A DNA stretch of 64,000 nt from the human T2T-CHM13v2.0 reference genome, Homo sapiens (GCF_009914755.1 NC_060928.1); one strand, 5' to 3'. Positions 30,771 to 45,712 are shown, counted from the first letter of the stretch. The notes: generated from the sequence alone by a model not told the origin. Program-made: numbers and translations.

Positions 30771-31839
30771 CCCCTGAGCTGGTCCTCTGGAGGCCCGTTT
30801 CTGTTGTTTGGTAGAAATTGTGGTAGCTGAATCAAAATATTGTTAGTTACTAATTTATCATGCCAATTGTAGTGAGGTATTTTTATCCTTCAAATAAATT
30901 CTACTTGTTACCTGCGTGAGAGACATAGCTAAGGCTTGGTGTATCTTTTCAGAGTTATTTTGAAGGCTGCCAGCTTTTCTTGTATATGGTGTGCGTCTCT
31001 GAATATAAAAGGATAAACTGAGGCTGTGCCATTTTAAAAATCTTGAATGTGTTGTTCTTGAATCTGTTCTTAAAAGCGGTCACTTAAAAAGACTTCTGTT
31101 TTTTAATTAGAAAATAGAAAATTGACTATTTTGACAAATGAAGAGTAACAATTATTCAATGCATATAAGCCTCTTACCAGTTTTTTATTCTTTCTTTATG
31201 GCTCATAGAAAATACAGTCTTAGGAAGGATTGATGTGATCTCTGGGTAATTTCTAGCTTATTATGACTTCATGGTTAGCAACAAGTGATAGTGTCTGATG
31301 AAGTGTTTGCAATGTTAGGTCCTGATTTTTCTTTAAGGAAATTTAAAGGGAACTGATTGTTAAAATGTTCCTATTTCTACCAATACTAGCTCAAAAAGAG
31401 ACAAGAATTCCAAGATAAAACTGTTCAGTATTTTGTAAATAAACTTGATCTCAGCAGCTTTAACTAGGTTCTGACGTTACATTTATAAAGCAAATGGCTT
31501 TGGTATTTGTTTCCTTAGTTTAAGAATGTTTCTGTTTTGGATGGTTGACAGTTGGACAAGCATAGTTTCTGAACATAATTTTGTTTTGCTTTTAGGTGGG
31601 ATAGTAACATCTTTTTGAGGGAAGAATTGGCTTCCTTTCTTGAAAGTGGTGAAGGTACAGCATATAGCTGCATGGAAGAAACAGTAATCGGATGGCTACC
31701 TTCTACATTTTGTATTAGGAAACAAAGTCCATTGTAAGAGTCCATGTTGATCTTGGAAATAGAAGGATTGAAAAAAGCTAAATTTCCACAAAGAACAAGA
31801 ACTTGACCATCTCCTTTTTGATCTGAAGACTAGGGGACA

Positions 31840-32294
31840 ATGGATATCATAGAGACAGCAAAACTTGAAGAACATTTGGAAAATCAACCCAGTGATCCTA
31901 CGAACACTTATGCAAGACCCGCTGAACCTGTTGAAGAAGAAAACAAAAATGGCAATGGTAAACCCAAGAGCTTATCCAGTGGGCTGCGAAAAGGCACCAA
32001 AAAGTACCCGGACTATATCCAAATTGCTATGCCCACTGAATCAAGGAACAAATTTCCACTAGAGTGGTGGAAAACGGGCATTGCCTTCATATATGCAGTT
32101 TTCAACCTCGTCTTGACAACCGTCATGATCACAGTTGTACATGAGAGGGTCCCTCCCAAGGAGCTTAGCCCTCCACTCCCAGACAAGTTTTTTGATTACA
32201 TTGATAGGGTGAAATGGGCATTTTCTGTATCAGAAATAAATGGGATTATATTAGTTGGATTATGGATCACCCAGTGGCTGTTTCTGAGATACAA
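31840..32294 (+). CDS. SGMS2: Sphingomyelin synthase 2, coding exon 1 (aa 1-152; exon starts at 31596 with 244 nt 5'UTR)
   Basis: ORF MDIIETAKLEEHLENQPSD...QIAMP...LRYK matches the human SMS2 N-terminus. Kozak ACAATGG; acceptor ttttgcttttag|G at 31595/31596; donor AA|gtaagt at 32294/32295 (455 nt coding). Confidence 0.98.
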
Positions 32295-35200
32295 GTAAGT
32301 AAATCTAATGTTTTGAGGATTTGTCATGGGTTTGTTTTTGAGTGAATAGATGGGTTATTGAGATTATTTTTCCTTTTTTTCCCCCAATAAATTCAGTCTT
32401 ACCCAAACATTTGATGAAAGAAAACAGTAGAAAGCTCTACCACATTGAATAAATTCAGTCACTATTCAGTAAGTGTTTGATGAGCAACTGTGTATGAAAG
32501 TGGCAGTGTACAGCAGTACTGTGGTGGATGACTCAGAGTTGATGAATTTAAGGTGCAGTTCCTGACTTCCAGCAACTTGGTGCTATGGTATTTGTATGAT
32601 AAATCAAGAGGCTTGGAAAGGAATAACATTCACTCCCATCATGTTTGTTATTTCAGGCTCTTGACAAGTGGGAAAAGGAATAGGTTGAGAAACTTTTTTC
32701 TCCATTACTCATAATGTGATGTCTGTATTGGTCTAGAGTCAATAGCCTGCTTTAAGGTTTGCCTAGATTCAATTCTCAAATTTTACATTTCTGTGGGGCT
32801 GGGTGTGTGGATGTGGTTTCGGTTTTTTGTTTGCTTGCTATCTAGTTACAAGTGTTTAAGAGACTGAGTTTAGAACCAGATCCATGCGGTTTTGATTTTT
32901 AGATTTCTAAAGTAAACTTGCCCTCTGATTTTCCTTGGACACCACAAAGGAGCTCATGGTTCACTGGGTTCAGCCTCCTCATTTTTGGAATAGTAGGAAA
33001 TCAAGAAGAAATAAGTCAGGTACTTTTGCTTTGAAGACACTTAAGAATTGGACATAGCCCTGAAGTGGTTATTTCTGCTTCTCTATGTGAATTCTGACTC
33101 CTAGTCCATAAAAACGAAGGCTCCTTAATTCCTCCTTTCCTCTCATTCATCATTTAGACATTTGTTTTCCACTGGGATGGTAGTGATTAAATCACTAAAA
33201 TATGATTTTGATCAAAACACTGACCATAATACAGAGTTTAAAAATGTAATGTATGCTAACTTGGATACAATCTGAACATTCCAAGTCAAATAGGATTTCA
33301 GTATTAATGCCACAAGATCATTCTTAGAGAATTTTGGCTGTATTGTTTTTTAGTTGGTAACACTTTTCATTACTTGATCAATTATAGAACTCTCAATGTG
33401 GTATATCCACTCAGACCCTAACACTGTTACTGTTTTGTGATTAGAGGAATTCAGTCTATCTTTGTTAAAGAGTTCCCCAAATGCAACTTTGCAGTCTTAA
33501 AACCTTATTCCACAAACTGCAGTCATTCCTAAGCATTTTCCTTAATATAACTCTTCATGTGTTTCCTTAATATGCTTAAGTAATAGACTTAGCTATGAGT
33601 TGTCTTTTACTTAAAAAAGTAACCTGCTCCTGAAATTGTTAAAGGATGCTTTATGCTAAAAGCAAAAAATGTATTTATGAACTTCAGTGTTTTTCTCTTT
33701 AGTGTCTGGAAATTAACACAATGTAAGAGCCTGCTAAGGCGGCAGATAATTTGCTTTCTCCTTTATTTAGAGCAAGGTTTTATTGATATATGTGTGAAAA
33801 GAGAAATTGTCCAGAATCTGGTAAGTATGTGGACTCCACCCTGAAGTACAGTCTTTCCCTCAATTTAGCTGTATTTTCATCTAGATCCTTTTTGAATTTT
33901 CATTAGATAGTTATTATTAACTGCCTCTACCTACCACCTTAGATTTTCAACATGTCCAAACACACGGTCACATAGCCAGACCATAAATTTTAATGATATC
34001 CACTGTTTCAGTCGCAATTCACACAAGTTTGCCTTTTTACATTTGAAGTAGAATTGGATCTTACATTTTAGTAACTAGTAGAATAATTTTTATAACCTGT
34101 TTTGAACATCCCAGCTGAATGAGGAATGTTGCTTGCTCTCTCTTTTAAAAGCACCTTTCAAAGCTATGGGAAAAAGTCATTAGCACTAGTTCTTTTTCTA
34201 AATAAGGCTGTAGAGTACATCTTTCACCTTCTAAGTTGGTTTTCTGTTCTGAGTACAGCTGAACTCAGAATGCTGGAATGAATGTAATTGACTCATAATA
34301 ATTTCTGCTTATTACTTCCCCTTGTCTAACAGCATGGAGCACAATTCAAAACAGCACTCTGTTGGAACCTGAGGTTGGATCAAAGGCTAAATTGGTTTTC
34401 CCTTAACCAAGGGAAGAAACTCAGCACTGTTTATTACCTGCTCCTTTTTAGTACCAGGAAAGGCAGAACTAGAATAGCAAGCCTTTAAAGAAATTCCTTG
34501 GGGATAAATAAATACTCTCATCTACTAGTCTAGGTGGTGTTCCCTTCTATTTTTTTTTTGACCCCAGAAACCTTGGAATATTCTTAAAATAGCTGTTGGA
34601 AACAGACAGCTGAAATATATATTTATACATAATTCTTGAAATTAGAAGTTCCAAATGTTATCTGAATTAGACCTTGATTCATGTCAGAACCACAATCTTA
34701 GGGAAAACTTAAAATATGTCACATTACCTGAAACTGCCTGTTTTTTCAGAAGTCTTTGATCACTACCAGTCTTGAAAGCTTGAGACCTCTGAAAATGAGA
34801 GACCTAGAGTAATATGTTTTATGCAGTAATGAAGTTACACCTAGCAAGTCTAGGGGCTTTATGTGGAGTCCCACTCATCTCTTAATCCCCAGAGCCCAGA
34901 GCTGACAGACCTAACTATACAACAGAAAAGGAGCTGTCCTGTTCAGCTGGACTAAAGACATTCAGACCCATGATGCCCATTCAGATACCCATGAGGCAAT
35001 GGTACAGTGGCAGAGCCCTTCCCTTTTGAAGACAGGATCCTCCGTCATCCACTGGGAAGCCTGCCTCAGGCTGAGGACTCAGGTCATGAAGCACAGGGGC
35101 TGATGTTAGGACAACGTTCTTCTCACAAAAATATAAAGTGAAAAATGACTTGTGGGATTTTTTTATCCTTTTTTTGATCAAGATTGAATGAAATAATCAG

Positions 35201-35860
35201 CTTACACATTCACTATTAAATGTAATTAACTGTATGAGAACACTTTGGACATTTTCAAGATAGAGTTTTTTGAAAATCTAGTCATAGAGAAAATAGTTCA
35301 TGCCCGTATTGTCAAAATACCTTCAGATGGTCCTCAAATAAACCCTGCTTATATACCGTGGGCTAAATGTGTTGTCACATTTCCCTATGTGTCTAATTAT
35401 GTAATGTCACCTTGGCTCATTAGTTAATTCCTCTGTTACTGTGGCTTGCTTATTCCTTTCATATGTTCTCAAGAAAGGGTTTTAATGCAGTGAGTTGACT
35501 GAAAATACAGACAGGTTCATTCTCTGGCAAAGAGTGCTTTTGAGGAGAGGTGACTATGTAGACTCTTCGTCTACTTTAGTTCCCCCACCCCACACACACA
35601 CATCCTTTGGAAGCCAAACCACCTAGATTTATTGCAGTATGTGAATCTTCATTTCTGAAAACTGTGGTGCAAATCTCTCCATGAAACTGTAGGGATGGGC
35701 AACTCAAAAGTAAGCCTTTAAACTCTGTGAAACTGTGGTTTGTTTGTTAATGCCATTCTGTACTGATTATTCTTTATCCTGTTAAACATTGTTTTATTTT
35801 TCATTAGGAGTAAAACCAACCAGTAAACTTGTTTTTCCCCATCCCTATTTTTTCTTTTAG

Positions 35861-35978
35861 GTCAATAGTGGGACGCAGATTCTGTTTTATTATTGGAACT
35901 TTATACCTGTATCGCTGCATTACAATGTATGTTACTACTCTACCTGTGCCTGGAATGCATTTCCAGTGTGCTCCAAAG
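35861..35978 (+). CDS. SGMS2: SGMS2 coding exon 2 (SIVGRRFCFIIGTLYLYRCITMYVTTLPVPGMHFQCAPK)
   Basis: Acceptor ttttttcttttag|G and donor AAG|gtcagt. 118 nt; phase matches exon 1 (cumulative 573 nt). Confidence 0.97.
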
Positions 35979-36224
35979 GTCAGTACCTCCAAACTGCCAC
36001 TTAGAAGAAATCAGGCAAACAGTTATTGATCACTTACCCTGTATTATACATTCTTCTAGACACTTCCCTATGTGTTAGCTGAAATCTAGCATCTTTTCTA
36101 TTTTCTATTTAGATTTGAGGGGAAGAAATTAAAATGTATTTATAAAATATATACCTTTTGTGCTAAAAAAATGTATTTTCTGTTAACTGAAAATTACCAT
36201 TGGGGGTTTGACTCTGCTTTTTTA

Positions 36225-36845
36225 CCTTCTCATTTACTTATTCATTAATGCTTTCATTCTACAGGCATTAAGCTTATGTACCAGGGATTGTAGTAACCCA
36301 AACAATGTCCCTCTTCTGGAGCTTATATTCTATTGAGGGATGACAAATTATAAACAAATTCATAATTTGTCACATGCTGATAAGTCAGGTGATTGTCAGG
36401 TGATTGTCACAAGCAGAACAGCAAAGCTGAGTAAGGTGAAAGGGTGCTTGAGGGTTCTATTTGATATAGAGGTCAGGAAAGCCTTCTTTAATAACGAGGC
36501 ATTTGGGCAGGAACCAAGACAAGGAAGTGAGCCATGTGGACGGCATGAGAGCTGCAGGCTAAAACATTGCTTATTCACAGTGGGTTAAAGGAAGAGTAGG
36601 GAGGCCGGTGTCTCAGAGTGGAGTTGTGAAGGGTTGGGGTGTGCAGACCACAGATCACATAGGGTCTTGCAGCCTAGTATAGGAACTTTAGCCTTAGTGG
36701 TAGCAGTGGAAATAATGAGAAGTTGTTCAGTTCGGGATATAGGATATGCTAATAAGTTGGATATGGGTTTGACAGAAAGAAGTCAAGGATGACCCCAAGG
36801 TTCTTTAGCAGCTGGAAAGAGAGAGTGGCCTTTGACTGAGATAGT
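36225..36845 (-). mobile_element. L2 fragment
   Basis: Typical antisense L2 motifs (catttacttattcatt, ggagcttatattcta, aagtcaaggatgaccccaagg). Confidence 0.7.
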
Positions 36846-38187
36846 GTGTGAGGATGTCTTCTGAAACCATCCTAAGAAGGAATTACAGTTTATCCAGGAA
36901 GAGCGAGTTCTTGAGAGAGCTGTTAATCATCTCGGACTTCAGTGCACCCTGGTTTACAAAATGGAAAATTACAAATCATGTGCTTTCTGGACAAAGGAAT
37001 GAAGTCTAACATCATATTTTACTGAACACTAAGCAGATGTCTGAGGTGAAAGAAAAATCAAGCTTCTCTGAAGACGTCCACAGTCTCCCTCACCAAATAT
37101 AGGTGTGGTTTGGAGAAGCTATACTTTTCCAAAGCCATCAAAGCAGAAAATATCTGTAATTAAAACTGTGCATATTGAATTTAAACACTGGCCGATTTTA
37201 GTGAAGCTAATTTAAGGCGTGGGAGAAGTTCAGAAGTGTAATAAACACTTCTAAGGGGCTATTGCAATGTGTTAAATGGAGAAATGGCCACAGAAAAGAA
37301 GGCAAACCCATCTTAGTAACGGATGAGGTTTGCAGGATGAATTGCTATGATTACAGAAAGAAAGTAAATTAAAGATTGTCCTCTGTGGAAGAGTTGCAAT
37401 CTTTGGAAGCCACATCAGTGCCGTTGGATAGCCAAGCTACAAATAGTCATAGTGGAACCTCTAGTAACATCCTTACTAATCATCTCCCAGGTTCACTTGT
37501 CGGGACCCCTTCCTGAAGCATAAGCAAGCCATATATGCCTGAATCATGGTTCAGTAAAACAAACACAAATCACTTAGTTTGACTAGAGGTGAGGTGCTTT
37601 TACAGAACAGGCATCAGAGTTGTGTTCTAAATTTGGTTCATCTGCTGGCTTTGGGTGCTGCTTAGATTTTTATGGTTACAAAGCTATTACAAAATCTTGT
37701 CTCCTGTGTTGCTGACTCTATAGGAATGTCCTTCATGAGTATAAGCATGGCAGAACTTTGTATGTGGAAGCCACTCACTATGGAAAAGTGTCATATCTGT
37801 TATAGTAATTGATGCCTGTACAACTTGTAACTCACCAGACATGCTTACAAGAGCCAACACAGTGAAAGCTTTGCTTTCCTAGTTTTCCAGTTGCCTGCTC
37901 CCTTATGTATCCTATGGTTCACTTTTAATTTTTTGCTTATAATTTGCTTCAACCTCCAACCCAAGTTTTGATTTACAGTCAGACAATCTGTGTTCTTCAA
38001 AGTGTGTTTACATAAGTGTTGGCCCCATTATTATAAAAGGATTATGTGAAATGATTTAGCTTTGCAAACCTATTTTTCCACATACAAGAATGTTTGGCTG
38101 GGAGAGCAACATTCCCTTCCCTGAGAAAGCTTTCTAGGGCGAGCTATCCCTCATCTTGGCCATAGGTGGCCAAACACTTACCTCCTT

Positions 38188-38553
<366 letters not shown>

Positions 38554-39518
38554 TGAAAGAGCAAGACCCTGTCTCAAAAAAAAAAAAGGTCTTTCTGTAT
38601 TTCTCTTCCATGTATTCTATTACATGATTTTTTTTTCTGAGCATTGTTCTTTGATTTTCTCAATTTGCTTTATACTTATCTGATCTGAATCCCCCACCCT
38701 ATCTAGCCCCTCAATAATTCAGTATTCCAATTTTCTATGCCTACAGTTTGGACCAACTCCTTCCAGTATGATTAAATTGTAATGGGGTACAAACCTCTCT
38801 GGCCCCTGGCCTAGCCCAGCGTTGTTTCTCACTGTCATCACAGTGGCTTTGCAGGGCTGCTGCACCTTGTCCAGAGGAGCTCTCCCAGCCTCCTGCCGTA
38901 GCACACAGGCTATTTCTTTAGGGGATGTTTTTCCTAATCAAAGCTACTCATTTTTAAAGCTGCCAGTACATCCCTAATCCATCATTTTCAAACCTATTTA
39001 AATTATTTAATGAGTTGCAACTCCTCTTCTTAATTGTAAATGTTTTGATCAGACATTAATGCAGCTATATATCTGTCCACTTTAGGCTGCCCACCTAATA
39101 CAAGATACCAATACACTGCAGAGAATATTGGTAATGTGGTATGCAGCTGAATCAAATATTAACCATTCAAAACCCTCACTTCCCCCTGCAAAAAGAAAGT
39201 AGCTTTGATCTGCTTTTTAGCACGTAGCTGTGGTGAAGTCATTGGTTATTAATATTTTTAAAAGCTTTGCCCAAGGACACACCACCACCAAGACATATTA
39301 TTAGTAACATATTGAATAATTTAAAACGTCAATAAAGCTTGCCAATAAATGAATAAAACCCAGTTTGAGGAGCTTCTCCTTGGATTCTTTTTGACTTTCT
39401 AGGTTAAAAAGAAAAAAAAAATCACAACCTGGTGTCCTTTCTAAGAGTCACACAATTAGACTGAAACATGATTTTAGCCACTTGTAAATTCCCTTCTTAA
39501 TCTTCTTGTGTCATTCAG

Positions 39519-39672
39519 CTCAATGGAGACTCTCAGGCAAAAGTTCAACGGATTCTACGATTGATTTCTGGTGGTGGATTGTCCATAACTGGATCACATA
39601 TCTTATGTGGAGACTTCCTCTTCAGCGGTCACACGGTTACGCTGACACTGACTTATTTGTTCATCAAAGAAT
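39519..39672 (+). CDS. SGMS2: SGMS2 coding exon 3 (LNGDSQAKVQRILRLISGGGLSITGSHILCGDFLFSGHTVTLTLTYLFIKE)
   Basis: Acceptor tcattcag|CTC and donor T|gtaagt; 154 nt. Contains the SMS motif CGDxxFSGHT (catalytic H229). Absent from the ORF track; translated by hand. Confidence 0.97.
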
Positions 39673-41377
39673 GTAAGTAATAGCCCATTCCCACTGAACT
39701 GATAGCTGTAGTGGGAGGGATCCCTGGGCCCTGAAATTGATAGGAGCCCTTATTCTCTTGGGATTGATAAGCTGTGAAAGAGACGGATGTGTGTGTATAT
39801 ATGTATGTGAATGTGAATGTGTGTGTGTGCGTGTGTGTCTGTATATATATAAAATATAAAATTTCAACTAGTCATATGTGATTTGAACCCTGAAGGCTTA
39901 AAACCTGGCCCTGGCTTCTCTCTAGCATTTAACATGCCTCTAAAACATCTCCCTTCTTGGTTAGTACTTCTTAAGGTATGAAAAGCTATCTTAATATTGG
40001 AATTAATTGTTAATTTTATTGCAAAAAGGATTGGTACATTCTAAAGACAGATGTAATGACCTTTGAATTATTTGTAGGACACTTCCATTCTAGCATTCCA
40101 AATAATTCGGTTAATGTGTTCCCCTTTTTAAAACATTTCCAAGTCCCACTTTATTCTAATTTCATCATCATCTAGCACTTTCTGTGCTTTCATAGGAGTC
40201 TTCATGGACCATTTTGCCAATACCGATTATTTTCTTCTCAATAAGAAATGTGGTGGCAAGAAATAAAAATCTCTTTCTATATTTGTATGCTTAGTTCACA
40301 TTATACAAAATCCTTGGGTTTTCTAGTAGGTTTTATGGCCAAAATCATGTCTTGTTCTTTGTAGGGTTGTACTGTTTTAGCTGCCCAGTAGGTCTCATTT
40401 TTATATATTTCGGAGGATTTGTATATTTAGGCCTATTACCTCAAAATCTTTTTGAAGTAATAATGCTTCTTCCTTCATGTTTGCAAAGCTGGTCAGTATT
40501 ACCCTTCATATTTAGTTCCAAGTTACCTCATGGCAGTATTTTTTGGAGGTTTATCTTAATCCTTTTCACTGGGCATATTTAAAAGGGGGTCTTTCAGCAG
40601 AGAGCAGCAGAAGGCAGCTTCCCCTCCCCTGTCCTCCTTGTTCTTCCCTCCTCTCTTGGCCCTTTGTTCATCCAAATAGATTTATCCTAATTGGTGGTGT
40701 GGAAGTCAAGGGTTATCTTCAGTGGTGCAGAAGTGAATTATTGCCCCTTTGATTACCTGGGGTATTTAAGTTCTGCTTTGAGGGTAAGATGACAAGAGTT
40801 GAGGTTCTCTGTAGTAGATGAAGTCAAGTCTTTTTTGTGAGAATTGTAGCGTCTTTTTGTTGCTTCCTTTGTAAATTCTACATACAGACCTGCAGTAGGG
40901 AGAATAGTGGGATACATGTGGGGTCTTCATACTTGACTTAAAAGCTTTTTCCTTATTTCTGTTCTCACACTCTTGTGGTGGTGGAGTGGGTCCTGGATCT
41001 GTCTCTGCACCATCATCAGAGGATGGTCTCTTCCTTAAATTTAGTCACTCCATTTCTAATATTGAGTTATTGGTTCTGGGGGGTTGGATGGAAGGATATA
41101 TGTTGCTTTGGTTCTAACTCTAATTTTCCCAAGGAAAGTTCCATGAGTATGCTATGTAAGATCAGTCATTTTCTAGTGTAGATGTACATTTGAGTTTAGG
41201 ATCTTCTCTATAATCTGAGGATCATAAAAAAATTACAGAAGAAGATGGGGATGAGGGTGGAGGTGGGGGAAGAGGTGCATTTCAGAGTGAAGGCACTGTA
41301 GGTTTAAAGTAATAAAAACACCCCCAGGAAACTTAGATTCAGTTTTCTAAAATAACTGAAAACCAACTGATATTAAC

Positions 41378-41735
41378 TGTATTAGTCTGTTTTCACACTG
41401 TTGATAAAGACATAACCAAGACTGGGTAATTTATAAAGAAAAAGTGGTTTAGTGGACTCACAGTTCCACGTGGCTGAGGAGGCCTCACAATCATGGTGGA
41501 AGGCAAAAGGCATGTTTTACATGGCAGCAGACGAGAAAATGAGAACGAAGCAAAAGGGGTTTCCCCTTATAAAACCATCAGCTCTTGTGAGACTTATTTC
41601 ACTACCACAAGAACAGTATGGGGGAAACCACCCCCATGATTCAGTTATTTCCCACCAGGTCCCTCCCACAGCACATGAGAATTATGGGAGCTACAATTCA
41701 AGATGAGATTTGGGTGGGGACACTGCCAAACCTCA
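41378..41735 (-). mobile_element. THE1 (MaLR) solo LTR
   Basis: tgtattagtctgttttcac...gagatttgggtggggacac; near-perfect 5-bp TSD ttaac/taaac. A MIR continues to ~41980. Confidence 0.93.
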
Positions 41736-43515
41736 TAAACAATAATAGCAAATAGACATAATACTCTGTCCCAGGCACTATTCTAGGGCCTTGATGTAAA
41801 TTAACTCATTTGATCCTTACAACCACCCTCTGAGGAATGCAGTATTTTTTCCCATTTTTCAGATGAGTAAACTTAAGCTTAGAGAAAGTGACTTGGCCAC
41901 AGTGCAGAGCCATCATTTTGAGAAGCAGGTATTCATGTTGAAGGAGGCTGAATCCAGGGGTTTTGCTTTTAATTTCTTGGCTCTGTTTAGAACTTTGGAA
42001 ATTCAAGCTGGCTAACTCTATCGTATTGCCAAGGAATAGTCTACTTATCTATAAGCAGGGACATTGCTCATTATTGTACATTCTTTCATCTCAGAGCAAC
42101 AGCAAGGCAACTTGTGATTGATTTTATACTTTAATGAAGGCCTCTCAGTATGTAGAGACATTTTTTCCCAAGACATGATTTTGACTAGAGGTTTCTAAAA
42201 TTGTGTACATTTATATATAGTGTGCAAGGAATACCATTCTGCTTTCTCCAATATTTGATTAGAAATAGAGGGACAAATCTGTAATACTTAACACAAACTC
42301 AGTTTATAGTCAGTTCTGTATGTAAGCAGAGCATTCCATGTTTGTGTCTGTTTTTTTCTATGCAATTAGGAAAAACATTTATCTTCTAAATTATACCATA
42401 TGTTCTTGTTCTGAGTAAGCAGTGGTTCCAGTGGTTTCTTTGAAAAGTCTGCTTCTAGAATTAGATGTATCATTTATATATATATTTTTTTACTTTCCCG
42501 CCTTTTGATCAGTTTGGGCTCTTTTCCTTGTTTGCTCTGTTGTCATGAGTAGATTTAAATTTAGTTGTGAGAGCACATGAAGATGTGGCACCAGGACCAT
42601 TTCGGGGTTAGCAAGGGAGGGCTTCATACAGTCGTGCAAATATTATAATTGGGGGGTAGGTTCATGATAAAATTAGCCTGGAGAAATCAGACTAGCTGTT
42701 AGTGCCAATCATCTGGCTAGTAGAGAACAGTTTTTTGGTTTTTTGTTTTTTCACCTGGCCACCCTACCAAGTCTCTATTATTTAATGAGCCCTAGGGCTA
42801 GAATTCCACACAGACAGTGATGTTAGCTATTATTTGTGTCATCATCTAGCTCATTGTTATCCCTATGGGATGAATGAGAAGAGGATTACCATTTTGCCAT
42901 TCTATTTCAAAACAGCTTCTATTCAATCTTTTCTTTGGGTCAGCCAGTGTTCTCAGTTAATGAGTGGTGGGCCCAATGTGGTAGCATAACAGGAAATACA
43001 TTTTTATGAGAAAGCACTGCTGGGGTTTCCAGCCGTTCCTAAAACCTCACTTGCAATTCCGTGAGTAGTAAAAAGAAGATTCAGGCCACCTCTGGACCTA
43101 CTTCAACTTTGCTTCTTGTGAATAAACAAATGCAAAATAGTTCTAGTTTGCCTAAACATTTTGAACTTCTAAGGTAAATCCCAGATGACCTGTAAGTTGG
43201 GAAGCAGGGTTGCTAAGAGACCTTGGGGGTGGGAGGCGGGTAGGGTCTGAGGTGCTGGGAAACGCATATTTAGTGAGACCTCCAGATTTCTCAATGTTCA
43301 TTCAATTTTTAATGTCCTGAGTCTAACACAACAGTTATGGGGACTGGATCTGGCTCCTAAGACTGCAAGAGTAAGGCCTCTCCCATTAAAATTCTGAGAT
43401 TCCATGAGTTTTCTTCCAGAACTTAGTGGCAGAATGAAGTAACTGACAAGTAATAAGGAATATATCCAAAATTAGAAAATCAGACTTTCAAATGCCATAC
43501 AGGTTTATTTTCTTA

Positions 43516-43947
<432 letters not shown>

Positions 43948-44850
43948 TCAATCATCTTTCTACATGTGAATGTAAATATCACTATAAATGTAAACATAGT
44001 TAAATATGAAATCAATTTCAGTTTATTGGATTAACTTTTATTGTGAGCTAATACAGCTTTAAAATAAAACAGATCACCAAGCTGCTAGAGATGAACTCTG
44101 GTTTCAGTTATATTTGTCATTAACACTTGTGTGAGAAGGGGAGGACCATCATGTTTAAACCAGTGAGTGCCACAGTTGTCTCTTACAGCTAGTAAGTAGA
44201 ATGAACTTTTAAGTGGCTTTACCAGGAAGGCTGAGTCCATAAGTGAATGGTTAGGAACCCTAACCTTTACAGAGGGAATGTTTTATAGTTTCTATTGGCA
44301 ATAACAGTGTAAAATTGCTGAGAATCAAAATATTGCTAGCCACAATGCCATTCCTTCTGACCCCCTTACCCTACACATACCCCTGGAGAAATAATATAAA
44401 TTTAAAACCTGAAATTACTCCTGCTTTCCCATTTCCCCCCTTATTTTCATAGACCACCACCTTTTCTTTTGATCCCTACTATCTTTCTTTCCAGTGGGAA
44501 AGTGGCTCCTTTATGTGAGCCAGTATGCAGCAATTCCAGCAAACCTAATAAGAAACAATTCTGTTCTTTCTTACTAAACAGCTTATTCACGTGGGTAAGG
44601 CCTAGAATGTCTAGTGTTACCAGCTTCCCCAGTGAATGACTATTACGCCCGCTGCCAGGGAGCCCCTCTGCCTCCCTCCTACCTGAGCAGATCCTGGGCA
44701 GTTCATAGTGACTCAGTTTAGGTTATCAGTTTTATCCTTCTGGTGACTTCCTGATCCTGGGTTATTCTACTTAAGGTCGTTAGGACAGACTGTAATCATT
44801 ACATTCATCTCTGGGAATCTTATTAACTCTGTAATTTTTCTACTGTCCAG

Positions 44851-45017
44851 ATTCGCCTCGTCACTTCTGGTGGTATCATTTAATCTGCTGGCTGCTGAGT
44901 GCTGCCGGGATCATCTGCATTCTTGTAGCACACGAACACTACACTATCGATGTGATCATTGCTTATTATATCACAACACGACTGTTTTGGTGGTACCATT
45001 CAATGGCCAATGAAAAG
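44851..45017 (+). CDS. SGMS2: SGMS2 coding exon 4 (YSPRHFWWYHLICWLLSAAGIICILVAHEHYTIDVIIAYYITTRLFWWYHSMANEK)
   Basis: Acceptor tttttctactgtccag|AT and donor AAG|gtgaga; 167 nt. Contains the HYTIDV motif (catalytic H272, D276). Confidence 0.97.
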
Positions 45018-45379
45018 GTGAGAGCAGTGAAGATGCTTGGATAATTTCTTTTCTTTGAATGCAGTGGACCCTTTTCATGTCGTGGGGTTTTAGATAGCCT
45101 AATGGGGATAACCGATGTTGCCACATTCACTTAAACATATATCCATTACTGCTTTTTAAAATAAAGCAAAGAACTTCACAAATATAAATGCCATTTATGG
45201 ATAAAAATGCCATAAAGTTATGGAGCACAGTGCATTGCTAATTCAGGTAACTTAAACTAGAATGAAAAAATATATGTACTAAATTAAAATTTAGGAACCT
45301 TCTCTGTAAAAGCATTGTAGTGCAGCTGGGTAAGACATAATCCTGCCTTCAACTTAAATTAATTTTAAGGAGAAGGTAA

Positions 45380-45712
<333 letters not shown>

